Source of the DNA: a virus | Taxonomy: Duplodnaviria > Caudoviricetes | IMG/VR virus record: IMGVR_UViG_3300027693_000014 | Location: 1-33,686 of that record | Strand: one strand, 5' to 3' | Length of the DNA: 33,686 nt | Part shown: piece after piece, positions 9,323 through 17,920 of the stretch | How positions within the stretch are numbered: the first letter of the stretch is position 1 | Layout of the letters: every line of letters begins with the position of its first letter | Translations under genes and position numbers: made by a program | Notes under the pieces: generated by a model | Database searches by the model: none | Seen by the model: only the letters and a program-made list of their open reading frames with translations | Told to the model about the DNA's origin: nothing

Positions 9323-9679
9323 ATGGCTGAAAAGTGGAATGTCATCTTTGCACAAGGCGCTGAATTTCAGGACATTGTTACCGTTGGGGTCTGGCCAAAC
9401 ACATACCCAGCGCTCAACACCGCCACCGAATGGCGGTTGACGGTATCGCAACCAAATGCAGCCGCTTTCCTAGTTGCCTCAAGTATTGGCGCTAGCCCTA
9501 AAATCACCCTCAACATTGCAATGACCGTTGCAACCATTAAGGTTCCGGCATCGGTGACCGCGCTTATGCCGCTTGGCAGCGCCCGGTATGACCTTGATAT
9601 CTTCTTCCCCGCCAGCGTCACGAAGCGGCTTATCTCGCTCGGCGCGGCGCAAGTCAACACCTACGCGGGGTCAGTCTAA
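9323..9679 (+). CDS. Small tail-fibre adaptor/baseplate (BppU-N-like) protein
   Basis: IFAQGAEF and ARYDLDI motifs; precedes the fibre; AGGAG RBS. Confidence 0.55.
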   Translation: MAEKWNVIFAQGAEFQDIVTVGVWPNTYPALNTATEWRLTVSQPNAAAFLVASSIGASPKITLNIAMTVATIKVPASVTALMPLGSARYDLDIFFPASVTKRLISLGAAQVNTYAGSV

Positions 9680-11307
9680 TGGCAGACGTCACCCTCAATA
9701 TCTCCACGTCCGGGGCAGACCTGAATCTTGGGGCGGTTTCCGAGATCACAGCAGGCACAGGGCTAACGGGTGGGACAATTACAGGGACGGGGACTTTCGC
9801 CGTTGACTTCGCCCCAGACGGTTCAGGGACATCGTCTCAGGCCGTACGCGCGACCGATTCGCGGCTTGTTGCTGCCGCTACGCCTCCGCTCCATGCCAGC
9901 ACACACGCAACAGGCGGAACCGACCCAGTAACTCTTGATGTTTCGCAGGTCACGAATTTGACTTCGATTCTTTCCGGGAAAGTCAACACCACTCGGCAAA
10001 TTATTGCGGGTCCGGCCTTAACCGGAGGCGGAGATTTAAGCGCCAATCGGACGCTGTCCGTGTTGTTTGGGTCGTCGAATTCGACCGCGTGCATTGGTGA
10101 CGACTTGCGTTTAAGCGATGCCCGTACCGCATTAGCGCACGCGGCAACGCACGCGGCGGCTGGCTCTGACCCTATTACCTTGGCGCAATCACAGGTTACC
10201 GGGTTAGTCGCATCCCTAGCCGCTAAGGCGCTCGGCGCGACGACCATGACCGCAGGCACGGGATTGACCGGAGGCGGCGACTTGAGCGCCAACCGCACCT
10301 TCACGGTGGCCTACGGGGTAACGAGTAGCACGGCGTGCGTCGGCAATGATGCGCGATTAAGCGATGCACGCATCCCTACCGGGTCCGCGCTTGGTGATCT
10401 TAGTGGTACATACCCCTCTCCTGTGGTGGCAAAACTGCAAGGCGTGGCGGTTCAATCGTCCGCGCCTGCAAGCGGTGACGCGCTGATCTATGTAGCGGGA
10501 TCTACCGAGTGGCAATCGCAGCCAGCGACAGACGTGCAAGCGTTTAGCACCGCTGGCGTTGTGGTGTGGACGAAGCCCATCGGCTGCAAATCGGTCGAAA
10601 TTATCTGCATCGGCGGCGGCGGCGGCGGTGGTAGCGGTCACGCGCACGTGTCTGGCAGCAAGGGCGGCGGTGGTGGTGGCGGTGGTGCAGGAATTACGGC
10701 TATCAAGTACGCAGCGGCAAGCCTTCCTGCAACCCTTACGCTGACAATCGGCGCGGCTGGAACGGGCGGCGCAGGCGTAGCGGCTCCGAATAACGGAAAT
10801 ACGGGCGTAGCGGGCGGGATCTCTACGGCTATTAGCGCGGGGATCACCTACGCATATGCGGTCGGCGGTCTTGCTGGCGCGGCTGGTACTAATAGCGGCG
10901 GTGCGGGTGGCGCGGCTAGCACAGCAGGCGACGCGCTCTATATCGGCGGCGCAGGTGGCGCAGGCGGCACAACAAGCTCGGTAGGCGCAACGGCTGGCTA
11001 CAGCGTTGGCGCTCCCGGTGGCGGTGGTGGTGGCGGGATGCCCGGGGCTGGTACGGCGTTCGCTGGCGGCACGGGTGGCACGCGTCTCCACATTGGTACA
11101 GGCGGAGCAAACACAGGCGGCGCAGGCGCTGCGGTGGGGTACTACGGCTCAGGTGGCGGCGGATCGCCGTCTCTTGTTGGTACAAGCGTTGCAGGCGGCG
11201 CAGGCATCTACGGATCAGGTGGTGGTGGATCGGGCGCGGCAACCGTTGCAACGGGCGCGGGTGGCGCGGGTGGTGTTGGCATTATTGTTCTCATTTCTGA
11301 ATTCTGA
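9679..11307 (+). CDS. Tail fibre with internal repeats and Gly-rich C-terminal domain
   Basis: AGxGLTGGGDLSANRT, HAxTHA and RLSDAR repeats; WTKP...ICIGGGGGGG onset of a Gly-rich domain. Confidence 0.8.
   Translation: MADVTLNISTSGADLNLGAVSEITAGTGLTGGTITGTGTFAVDFAPDGSGTSSQAVRATDSRLVAAATPPLHASTHATGGTDPVTLDVSQVTNLTSILSGKVNTTRQIIAGPALTGGGDLSANRTLSVLFGSSNSTACIGDDLRLSDARTALAHAATHAAAGSDPITLAQSQVTGLVASLAAKALGATTMTAGTGLTGGGDLSANRTFTVAYGVTSSTACVGNDARLSDARIPTGSALGDLSGTYPSPVVAKLQGVAVQSSAPASGDALIYVAGSTEWQSQPATDVQAFSTAGVVVWTKPIGCKSVEIICIGGGGGGGSGHAHVSGSKGGGGGGGGAGITAIKYAAASLPATLTLTIGAAGTGGAGVAAPNNGNTGVAGGISTAISAGITYAYAVGGLAGAAGTNSGGAGGAASTAGDALYIGGAGGAGGTTSSVGATAGYSVGAPGGGGGGGMPGAGTAFAGGTGGTRLHIGTGGANTGGAGAAVGYYGSGGGGSPSLVGTSVAGGAGIYGSGGGGSGAATVATGAGGAGGVGIIVLISEF
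9751..10375 (+). repeat. ~82-85 aa coding tandem repeat (about 2.5 copies) in the fibre
   Basis: Units begin at 9751, 10006 and 10252. Confidence 0.85.
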
Positions 11308-11310
11308 CCC

Positions 11311-11574
11311 ATGACACAAGAAGTAGCATCCACTATCGACCGCTGGCTCCGTTACGGTCAATTCTGCGTCGCCCTCATTGCCCTCATTGGTGCGATGGCG
11401 TACGCCGGGAGCCGCTCGGAACGCGATGAACAACAGACCCGTAGCCTCGACCGCATGGCGTCGGAACTGGGTCGAATACAGGAGCTAGCGACATCGGGCA
11501 ACGCCCAAATCCAAGTCATCGGGGAGCGCGTTCGTGGTTTGGAAGATCGCGTAACGCGCATCGAGAAGCGTTAA
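11311..11574 (+). CDS. Single-TM coiled-coil membrane protein (holin-like)
   Basis: Hydrophobic FCVALIALIGAMAYA followed by a coiled coil ending LEDRVTRIEKR. Confidence 0.5.
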   Translation: MTQEVASTIDRWLRYGQFCVALIALIGAMAYAGSRSERDEQQTRSLDRMASELGRIQELATSGNAQIQVIGERVRGLEDRVTRIEKR

Positions 11575-12062
11575 TGTGGTGGGCGCTTGCCGTGACCGCC
11601 TGCCTTTGGCTGTCAGCGTGCAGCCCTGTACAGCGGATCGCGCAGAGTTCCAACGACATCCGCGCCGAGGCTCAGGGGCTGATCCAGCGCGGGACGGAGA
11701 CAGGGGACGCGGAGGTTGTTTCCCGCGCTACCCGCATTGAGGCGCTCGCGTCCGGGATTCATGTGCAGCTTTCTGGCGTGGAAAATAAAACCCCCATGTG
11801 GCTGACCGCCTTGACCTATAGCGCGGTTGCCGTGGTGGCCGTGGCGCTCGTCATCCTCCTGTGGCAGACTGGGATAGGGTCAGCCATCCGGGTCGCTATT
11901 GGTTGGCTTCCTCGCCGGAAAGTAGTTGCAGCGGAGTTGGCGGTCGATATGCTAGACCCCAATCGACCCGAAGGGGATCGGGAGTACATTGCAGCAATGC
12001 GCGCACAAGACCCGATGTTCGATGCGGCATTTCGAAAAGCACAGACCAGACGAAAGGCATAA
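11574..12062 (+). CDS. Lipoprotein with downstream TM helix (spanin-like)
   Basis: Signal peptide with LSAC lipobox, helical periplasmic part, TM segment SAVAVVAVALVILLW. Confidence 0.5.
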   Translation: MWWALAVTACLWLSACSPVQRIAQSSNDIRAEAQGLIQRGTETGDAEVVSRATRIEALASGIHVQLSGVENKTPMWLTALTYSAVAVVAVALVILLWQTGIGSAIRVAIGWLPRRKVVAAELAVDMLDPNRPEGDREYIAAMRAQDPMFDAAFRKAQTRRKA

Positions 12063-12064
12063 GC

Positions 12065-12178
12065 ATGATCCTCGCCGACCTCTCCAGCCTCCTAGGTTCC
12101 ATTTGGGCAGTAGTTGCCTTTTCAGCGATTTCTTTCGGCGCTGGTTGGTATCTCGCCACTAAGAAGGCCGGACGATGA
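12065..12178 (+). CDS. 37 aa membrane peptide
   Basis: MILADLSSLLGSIWAVVAFSAISFGAGWYLATKKAGR; fills the gap between neighbouring genes. Confidence 0.55.
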   Translation: MILADLSSLLGSIWAVVAFSAISFGAGWYLATKKAGR

Positions 12179-12222
12179 TCCGCGTCGTCATCTACGCCCT
12201 CTGCATTATCATCGTAGCGTGA
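12175..12222 (+). CDS. 15 aa hydrophobic micro-ORF (MIRVVIYALCIIIVA)
   Basis: ATGA overlap upstream and GTGA overlap downstream; not in the ORF track. Confidence 0.4.
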   Translation: MIRVVIYALCIIIVA

Positions 12223-14048
12223 GCGCGATACTTGCCGCTTCGTGTTGCTGCGACCCCGGCGTGTTGTGGTACGCCCTGAAATGCCCTGAGTACTTTGATG
12301 AGTACTGCTGTCCGCCAGACTGCGAGGCAGCGCCTAATCGCATTGAGTTCTGCCTTGGGTACTTGATCTCAATCGGCATCCCCGACCCGCCAGACATTGC
12401 GACCAAGTGCTACTACATCAAATACGACTGTTGCATCTACATCCTGACAGGTGTGGAGGCGTTGCCTTGCCCGAATCCACTATCGACCAACCCGGTCAAC
12501 GTGGGGACGTTGTACAAGGTGCGGGATCGCGTCCTTGGCGAAAACCCATGCTGCTACCCGGAGCCAGCCGTGCAGGGCAACCCCGGCGGGATCGCTGACC
12601 TTGAAACCGAGGAAGGCCCTGTCATCGAGAACAACCCTGAACTGCCCTGCGAGGAGTTGGTAGCCGAGTGCTACGACTTCAAGGATCAGGCTGGGACAGT
12701 CAAGGGCAAGGGCGTGACCATTGCGAGCGTAGCAAACACTTGCATTGAGACGATTGGCGTCCCGTGGGAGGATCGCTGCGATCACGGACCGCCCGAGGAA
12801 ATCCAGACCTTGAGTGTCGCAATGTCGCAGGAAATGAGTTACTGCACCATCCGCGACCCGGTCACGCTGGGCAGCTGCCCGAATCAGGTCACGCAGAACT
12901 ACATCGAGTACATGGATTGCCCTGACTGCGAGCCGCAAGGCGATTGCTGCGGCAATACTCCGAACTGCGACAGCGACCCAAACTTCTGCGACAGTTTCGA
13001 GGATCGCTTTGAAACCTACGACGTTCGGACGTGCTACAGCCTGAATTCATTCGGGTGCGCCGACCATGTTGAGGACATCATGACGATTGTCTTCCCTGCG
13101 TGCTTTGCGCCGGGGATTGACCCAGACGATCCGGGCGCACAGGCTGCGCTCGATGCCTTGTTCCTTGGGGTGTCTGGCATCGTCCACATCGACCAAGAGA
13201 ACACGGTAGCGACGGGCTGGGGGACGCTTGGAGCGCCCAAGTTGAGCGTCTGCGGTCTTGACGTGGTGATCTTCTCAGGCAACGCCGGACACGTCGCGCA
13301 AAGGATCAACGACCGTATCGGCGCACTCGTGACGGCCTCCGGTATTGCGCCTTGGTCGGCTTACTTCTGGTTTGGCAATCGCCAGTCCTGCGTTGCCTGC
13401 GACTGGCAGACCCCGAACGACCGCCCCGGATTCTCCGCTGGCGACCTACTGACGGTTGACCGCGTGGAGTTTACGAACGGCAATCAGGACATTACGGTCA
13501 CGCTCGTCGGTACTGCCATCCGCTATTACGCGTGCGCGACCCAAACCTTGCTCGTTGATTATTTCTGGCGCATGACATCCGAGAACACTTGCAACGCGGC
13601 CATCTCCGCGCTGACCGATTCTCAGCCTTTCGTCATTCAATGCCTTTCCTTCCCCGAATACTCCTTTGGCGAGCGCTACCAGATGAAGCGGATTCAGGAG
13701 TACGCGACCGCAGACATCCCGATCTGCGTGGACATCGGCTTCTATCAAGACGCCAAAAACTGCGAAGCGCGAAACGGATGGCCGCTCGAAGACATCACGG
13801 TCACCATCGGGGACGACATCATTGTTCTTGTCTACGGCTGGGAGTCGCTCTGCCCCTCGATGCCAGACCCGCGCACGGGTTGCTACGCCTACCCATTCAC
13901 TTACGAGCCTGCGCCGTGTTGCCCAGAGGGCGAAGACTGCGAGCAGTGGAACATTGATTACCCCCTCCCGCAACCTTGCTTCCATTCGTTCCAATCGCCG
14001 CGAATCTATTGCAAGTCTGACGGCACGGTCATAGGCTTATCTTCATGA
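12219..14048 (+). CDS. Large acidic Cys/Pro-rich protein, function unknown
   Basis: ~609 aa from GTG 12219; about 44 Cys by manual count, including CCC, CC and CxxC. Confidence 0.75.
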   Translation: MSAILAASCCCDPGVLWYALKCPEYFDEYCCPPDCEAAPNRIEFCLGYLISIGIPDPPDIATKCYYIKYDCCIYILTGVEALPCPNPLSTNPVNVGTLYKVRDRVLGENPCCYPEPAVQGNPGGIADLETEEGPVIENNPELPCEELVAECYDFKDQAGTVKGKGVTIASVANTCIETIGVPWEDRCDHGPPEEIQTLSVAMSQEMSYCTIRDPVTLGSCPNQVTQNYIEYMDCPDCEPQGDCCGNTPNCDSDPNFCDSFEDRFETYDVRTCYSLNSFGCADHVEDIMTIVFPACFAPGIDPDDPGAQAALDALFLGVSGIVHIDQENTVATGWGTLGAPKLSVCGLDVVIFSGNAGHVAQRINDRIGALVTASGIAPWSAYFWFGNRQSCVACDWQTPNDRPGFSAGDLLTVDRVEFTNGNQDITVTLVGTAIRYYACATQTLLVDYFWRMTSENTCNAAISALTDSQPFVIQCLSFPEYSFGERYQMKRIQEYATADIPICVDIGFYQDAKNCEARNGWPLEDITVTIGDDIIVLVYGWESLCPSMPDPRTGCYAYPFTYEPAPCCPEGEDCEQWNIDYPLPQPCFHSFQSPRIYCKSDGTVIGLSS

Positions 14049-14452
14049 CGCTCGGAACGCTCAACATCTCCGGCATATCCCTCCCCATTGCGGACTGCAA
14101 GTCGTGGCGCGTCGCTGGTACTGCCCCGGTCTGCTTGCTCGGGCTAGACACCGCGCAATGCGATACCTGTGGCTCGCGCGTCAGCCGTGAGGGGAACATC
14201 ACCGACCCGCCGTTGTTCGCCGGGATGAAGTCGCCACCGCCAGCGGCTGAGATCGTTGCCCCTACGCGACCTGCGCGTGAGCCGCGCCTGCGCGGGATGG
14301 GTGACGTAGTGCAGGCCATGACGAAGGCGGTCGGCATCAGGACTTGCGGAGGGTGCGCGAAGCGGCGCGAGGCGCTCAATCGGATGATCCCATTCGGGCA
14401 AAAAGAAACCTCGCCGCCACCCGAAGGCAACGGCGAGGGAGAGGCAAGGTAA
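14045..14452 (+). CDS. Small Cys-motif protein (GMGDVV...CGGCAKRREALN)
   Basis: ATGA-coupled to the Cys-rich gene; two CxxC motifs. Confidence 0.7.
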   Translation: MTLGTLNISGISLPIADCKSWRVAGTAPVCLLGLDTAQCDTCGSRVSREGNITDPPLFAGMKSPPPAAEIVAPTRPAREPRLRGMGDVVQAMTKAVGIRTCGGCAKRREALNRMIPFGQKETSPPPEGNGEGEAR

Positions 14453-14962
14453 TTAGCGAATGCGGAGGCTTGTCCCGCGAGGGAGCAAGCGGCATCCGGG
14501 GATCTCGCCGCCAGCCTCAAGGACGATCCGGATCGCTTCCTTGTTTGGCTCGGTGACGATCTTGACAAGCGGGACTTCAAGACCCTTGACAGCATCGTCA
14601 TCAATCTGAAGCGACTGCTTCCCGCCGTTGCCAGCGACCGACAACTTGAACCGGGGCGTTTCGATCTTGAGCCGCCCAGTCGTTTCCATTGCCGCCTTTA
14701 GCCCCTCCTTGAGGCGTGTGGCAAGGGCATCGTCAGCCGCCGCGAGCGCACGGATGCGAGAGGCTTCCTTGCCCCTCGCCTCCGCTCGCATCTCTAGCTC
14801 ACGGATAAAGCCTGCATAGGCTTCCGATTTGAGGTCTAAGGCCTCATCAAGACCCGTGAGATGCTCGTCGAGCGCGGCCTGCGCCTCGGGCGAGTCGATA
14901 CCGCCGTCCAAGACGATATCGAGAATGGACTGCATTTCGGACGTAATTTGGTAGAGCGACAT
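14453..14962 (-). CDS. Siphovirus Gp157-family protein
   Basis: MSLYQI start, long coiled coil, PNKEAIR...GGEIPGCRL...SLRIR end; adjacent to ERF. Confidence 0.85.
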   Translation of the reverse strand: MSLYQITSEMQSILDIVLDGGIDSPEAQAALDEHLTGLDEALDLKSEAYAGFIRELEMRAEARGKEASRIRALAAADDALATRLKEGLKAAMETTGRLKIETPRFKLSVAGNGGKQSLQIDDDAVKGLEVPLVKIVTEPNKEAIRIVLEAGGEIPGCRLLPRGTSLRIR

Positions 14963-15744
14963 TAGAACGGAACCTCCTGCTTAGACGCGATGACCTTCAT
15001 GATCTGGAGCGTGTCGCCGACGCGTTCAACCTGCAACTGCATACAGTCGTTGACGTGTTCCTTCGCCATGTCGGCGTACTCCTGCACGGTAGTAGCGACC
15101 CACGCCTTGCCATGCTTGCCGTCCACCTGAATAGCGTTAGCCTTGCCGTCACGAACGACCACGCGCAGGATGTCAAATGTCCCCTCGTATACGTCTGGGT
15201 ACGCGTCAAGCGCCTTGGTTGCCGCCTTGACTTCTGCCACAGGCTCAGGGACGGGCTTGGTTGCCCTAGGAGCGGTCGGAGGCGGCGGAACGGCTGTCCG
15301 TGGGTCTTGCGGCTTGAAGGGCTTACGAGGCTCGCTACGCGGTGCGCTTGGGCTAGTGGTTGCGTTGCCGTCGTCGTCGTCCTCGCCAACGATGCCCGTG
15401 ATGGACGCGAGCGCGTAGCGGCGCAGGTAGGTGATGACCGATCCCAACTGCTGAACCGTAGCGCGGTCAGGCAGGGCGGACATAGCCGTCTCTGCCATCC
15501 ATTCCCCGCTCGCGTGGAGCAAGGTGGTCGTCACCCCAACCGCCCCGCCATCGGTGCTGACCGTCTGCACGGCGCTGATCCCGTGACGAGCAAGCGGCAG
15601 GCGGACGGCGTTGATGATTGCGCCGAGCGATGCGTATCGGCTCTTGAAATGCGGGTTCACCGCGTCAAGGCTAGGGTTCACGATTTCCAAGTTTGCGGCC
15701 GCCAGCGCTTTCGCCAGCTCCCCAATAGTGTCACTTCGTTGCAT
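14962..15744 (-). CDS. erf: ERF-family single-strand annealing protein
   Basis: NPHFKSRYASL, LLHASGEW and GSVITYLRRYAL...GIVGEDDDDG motifs; EVPF tail. Confidence 0.92.
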   Translation of the reverse strand: MQRSDTIGELAKALAAANLEIVNPSLDAVNPHFKSRYASLGAIINAVRLPLARHGISAVQTVSTDGGAVGVTTTLLHASGEWMAETAMSALPDRATVQQLGSVITYLRRYALASITGIVGEDDDDGNATTSPSAPRSEPRKPFKPQDPRTAVPPPPTAPRATKPVPEPVAEVKAATKALDAYPDVYEGTFDILRVVVRDGKANAIQVDGKHGKAWVATTVQEYADMAKEHVNDCMQLQVERVGDTLQIMKVIASKQEVPF

Positions 15745-15833
15745 GATCGTCCTCTCAAGACTGCGCGGCTCGCCGCACTCGACCCCGGCGAAATGCTAGG
15801 GCGCAGGAATGGTACTCCCGCGTATCCTCTGTG

Positions 15834-16244
15834 TCAAACTGTGAAAAGCGAAATAGCCGTCATTGACGCGACCCCGTAGCGTTTACTGGCGCTCAGGGAA
15901 ACGACCTGCGCGTCATCGTGGTACAGGATGCCCGTAAGGGCATCAAGGACGGCGCGGCAAAGTTTGTCGATGTCAGGCTTGCCGGGGTGGCTTGGAGCGC
16001 CAGCGCGGAGTTCGCCCTTGCTGGTGTAGTGGCTCTTCGGGCGAACGAAGACGAAGGCAATCGCTATCCCTACGGGTTGCTGCGTTGGTGCTTCGGTACG
16101 CGCTTGACTAGCGGCGAGGGAAACAAGGGCGCGGTAGGGCTTGACCCTTGCGCACGACTCCACGAGCGAAACGCGGCCACCGCGCACGAAAGCCCTTTTA
16201 GAACCTTGGGGCGCGGGAATTCCGGCGACTACGAATTCAAGCAC
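15834..16244 (-). CDS. rusA: RusA-family Holliday junction resolvase
   Basis: PAPQGSKR, KPDIDKLCRAVLDALTG and DDAQVV motifs; start placed at GTG 16244. Confidence 0.92.
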   Translation of the reverse strand: MLEFVVAGIPAPQGSKRAFVRGGRVSLVESCARVKPYRALVSLAASQARTEAPTQQPVGIAIAFVFVRPKSHYTSKGELRAGAPSHPGKPDIDKLCRAVLDALTGILYHDDAQVVSLSASKRYGVASMTAISLFTV

Positions 16245-16419
16245 GTTGCGCCCGTTGGCATACGAGAAGCGCCTGCCGTGCGCGGTTGACTTCTTTGATT
16301 TGTGCGGTGAGCTGCTCGCGCATATATGTGATCTCGGTTGCGGCTTCTTTGAGCAGGGGGTCGGTGGACTGGCTCGCCATGATGCGGTCAACGATGTCCT
16401 CTTCCCAATCCCCTCGCAT
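16237..16419 (-). CDS. Hypothetical coiled-coil protein
   Basis: DIVDRI...LLKEAATEITYMR pattern; tight operon packing. Confidence 0.65.
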   Translation of the reverse strand: MRGDWEEDIVDRIMASQSTDPLLKEAATEITYMREQLTAQIKEVNRARQALLVCQRAQRA

Positions 16420-16421
16420 GG

Positions 16422-16607
16422 TTAGCCTTCACCCCGATAAAGGTCGTCTCTCAGCATAATGCGGTGTAGTTCTTGCTTCACCGTGGGGAGGGTATCTTGT
16501 TTCGGTTTTTTCCGTGTGAGGAAACGCCACAATCTACAAACAACCCCGCCGAGGGAACGCCCCCCGGCGGGATTGCCTCCAAAACAGTAGTCCTTAGCGC
16601 TTCGCAC
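16422..16607 (-). CDS. Hypothetical protein
   Basis: Fills the gap in the early operon. Confidence 0.45.
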   Translation of the reverse strand: MRSAKDYCFGGNPAGGRSLGGVVCRLWRFLTRKKPKQDTLPTVKQELHRIMLRDDLYRGEG

Positions 16608-16740
16608 GGCGACTTCCCCGCAGGATGCGGCTTACCGCCGAAACGCTCACGCGGTACTTCCTCGCGATGTCTGATTGCTTTACGCCCTTGCTCTTGTCCT
16701 TGCGGATGCCCTGCAAGGTTAGGTCGTCGATCTTGTTCAT
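16594..16740 (-). CDS. Small helix-turn-helix DNA-binding protein
   Basis: KQSDIARKYRVSVSAVSRIL; ATGA overlap at 16737-16740 with upstream GGAG. Confidence 0.75.
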   Translation of the reverse strand: MNKIDDLTLQGIRKDKSKGVKQSDIARKYRVSVSAVSRILRGSRRAKR

Positions 16741-16949
16741 TCGTCTCCCTTTCCCCGATGAATGCGGTAGCGCTGGTCGGCGCGAATAGAGACGCGGATG
16801 CGGTCGTTGCCTGACGATCCTTGCACGTTCGCGCAAATGTGCGCGACCTGCTCCCCAGCTTCGTCAAGAATCACAATGTAGTCCGAGTGCTTGCGGAGGG
16901 TGATGGTCAAGAAACCACCCTTAGTTTCAACGCTAGGAGACATGGGCAA
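16737..16949 (-). CDS. Divergent CsrA/RsmA-like RNA-binding protein
   Basis: FLTITLRKHSDYIVI...IRVSIRADQRYRIHR parallels CsrA MLILTRxxGExIxI...VRIGIxAPxxxxIHR. Confidence 0.55.
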   Translation of the reverse strand: MPMSPSVETKGGFLTITLRKHSDYIVILDEAGEQVAHICANVQGSSGNDRIRVSIRADQRYRIHRGKGDE

Positions 16950-17322
16950 CCTTCGTGTTGGGGTTGCACTTGGTGATAAAGTTCACAACGCGGTTCATCA
17001 GATCCTCGCGTACCCCGTCCTGCGTGTCGCCTACTTCCCAGAGGCACAAGCTAGAGAACCGCGTCCCCTCGATACCCTCGGGGTTGGTCTGCAAGAGGTA
17101 GACCGAAGCCCGCCAGTAGGCGAGTACCGGGTTGCCGTCCGACTCGTCCACTTGGTGCAACATGGGGTCGCCGCCAACGATGACCAAGACCGGGCGGTCG
17201 AACTTGCCCGCCAGCCCGCGCTGGACGCGGTCTTCACTCAGCCATGCGGGGTAGCCGTCCTTGCGATTCCATTCCACATCATGCAACACAGGCCGCGCCC
17301 ATCGGTTGTCTTCCTCTTCCAT
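16933..17322 (-). CDS. Hypothetical protein
   Basis: 129 aa from the ATG overlapping the upstream TAA; GGAGG RBS. Confidence 0.65.
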   Translation of the reverse strand: MEEEDNRWARPVLHDVEWNRKDGYPAWLSEDRVQRGLAGKFDRPVLVIVGGDPMLHQVDESDGNPVLAYWRASVYLLQTNPEGIEGTRFSSLCLWEVGDTQDGVREDLMNRVVNFITKCNPNTKVAHVS

Positions 17323-17537
17323 TACTTTGCCTCCTTGTAGCAATCCCACCCGCGCATTTTGGCTTCGTCAAGTGCTGCGGCGCGGTCAAGCGTGACAACA
17401 TCCTTGCTGTAGCGGCCACTCACAAACGCGCACACTTCCCGCCTTGCCTCGTCCCGCTCCTTGCGGAGCGTGTCCACTTGTTTCGTCAGGTAGTCAATCT
17501 CGTCGCACAATGTCGCTATGTCTCTCAGGTTGCTCAT
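17322..17537 (-). CDS. Hypothetical protein with ERDEARREVC...GWDC module
   Basis: Operon packing; paralogous to the C-terminus of 18405-18743. Confidence 0.7.
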   Translation of the reverse strand: MSNLRDIATLCDEIDYLTKQVDTLRKERDEARREVCAFVSGRYSKDVVTLDRAAALDEAKMRGWDCYKEAK

Positions 17538-17563
17538 GTCGTTCTTTCTCCGCCGTAGCGGTG

Positions 17564-17920
17564 TTAACCTTCAGAACCCAAACGCTTTGACCGCTTCGAC
17601 AAGGGTCGCGGAGGAGCCGCTAGTGCCTGTTCGATTGCGCTGGCAATTATGTCAGCGTGTAAATCACCCTTCTCCGTAATGCCCTTCTTTATTTGAAGCT
17701 GCATAAACCGCTCGCTCCTCGTTTGCTTGTCGATAAGACCTTGAAGACCTTTCACCTGACCACTTCGATTTGCTAGTTGTATTCGCAAGGCTTTGGTTTC
17801 GCATTCAGCCGAGTGCAGGTCAATGCGTAGTTCCTTGATTTGCGCGGTAGCGTCCTTGATGAGTGCGGTAGCCACCTTAAGCGACTCAACCAATTCCGCA
17901 CAGGTCTTGCAGTTTTTCAT
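17564..17920 (-). CDS. Hypothetical coiled-coil protein (N-terminal CxxC)
   Basis: ATGA overlap with the methyltransferase gene. Confidence 0.65.
   Translation of the reverse strand: MKNCKTCAELVESLKVATALIKDATAQIKELRIDLHSAECETKALRIQLANRSGQVKGLQGLIDKQTRSERFMQLQIKKGITEKGDLHADIIASAIEQALAAPPRPLSKRSKRLGSEG

Noticed and set aside
8300-11091. Long antisense ORFs (8300-9220, 10357-11091) and similar shadows such as 15055-15879
   Set aside because: They lie opposite well-supported genes in GC-rich DNA and have no RBS or recognisable motifs.
10610-11280. GGC/GGT runs as a microsatellite or contingency locus
   Set aside because: Explained by poly-Gly coding with mixed codons in the fibre's Gly-rich domain.
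9679-14048. Diversity-generating retroelement targeting the fibre or Cys-rich gene
   Set aside because: No reverse transcriptase and no TR/VR pair differing at adenines was seen.
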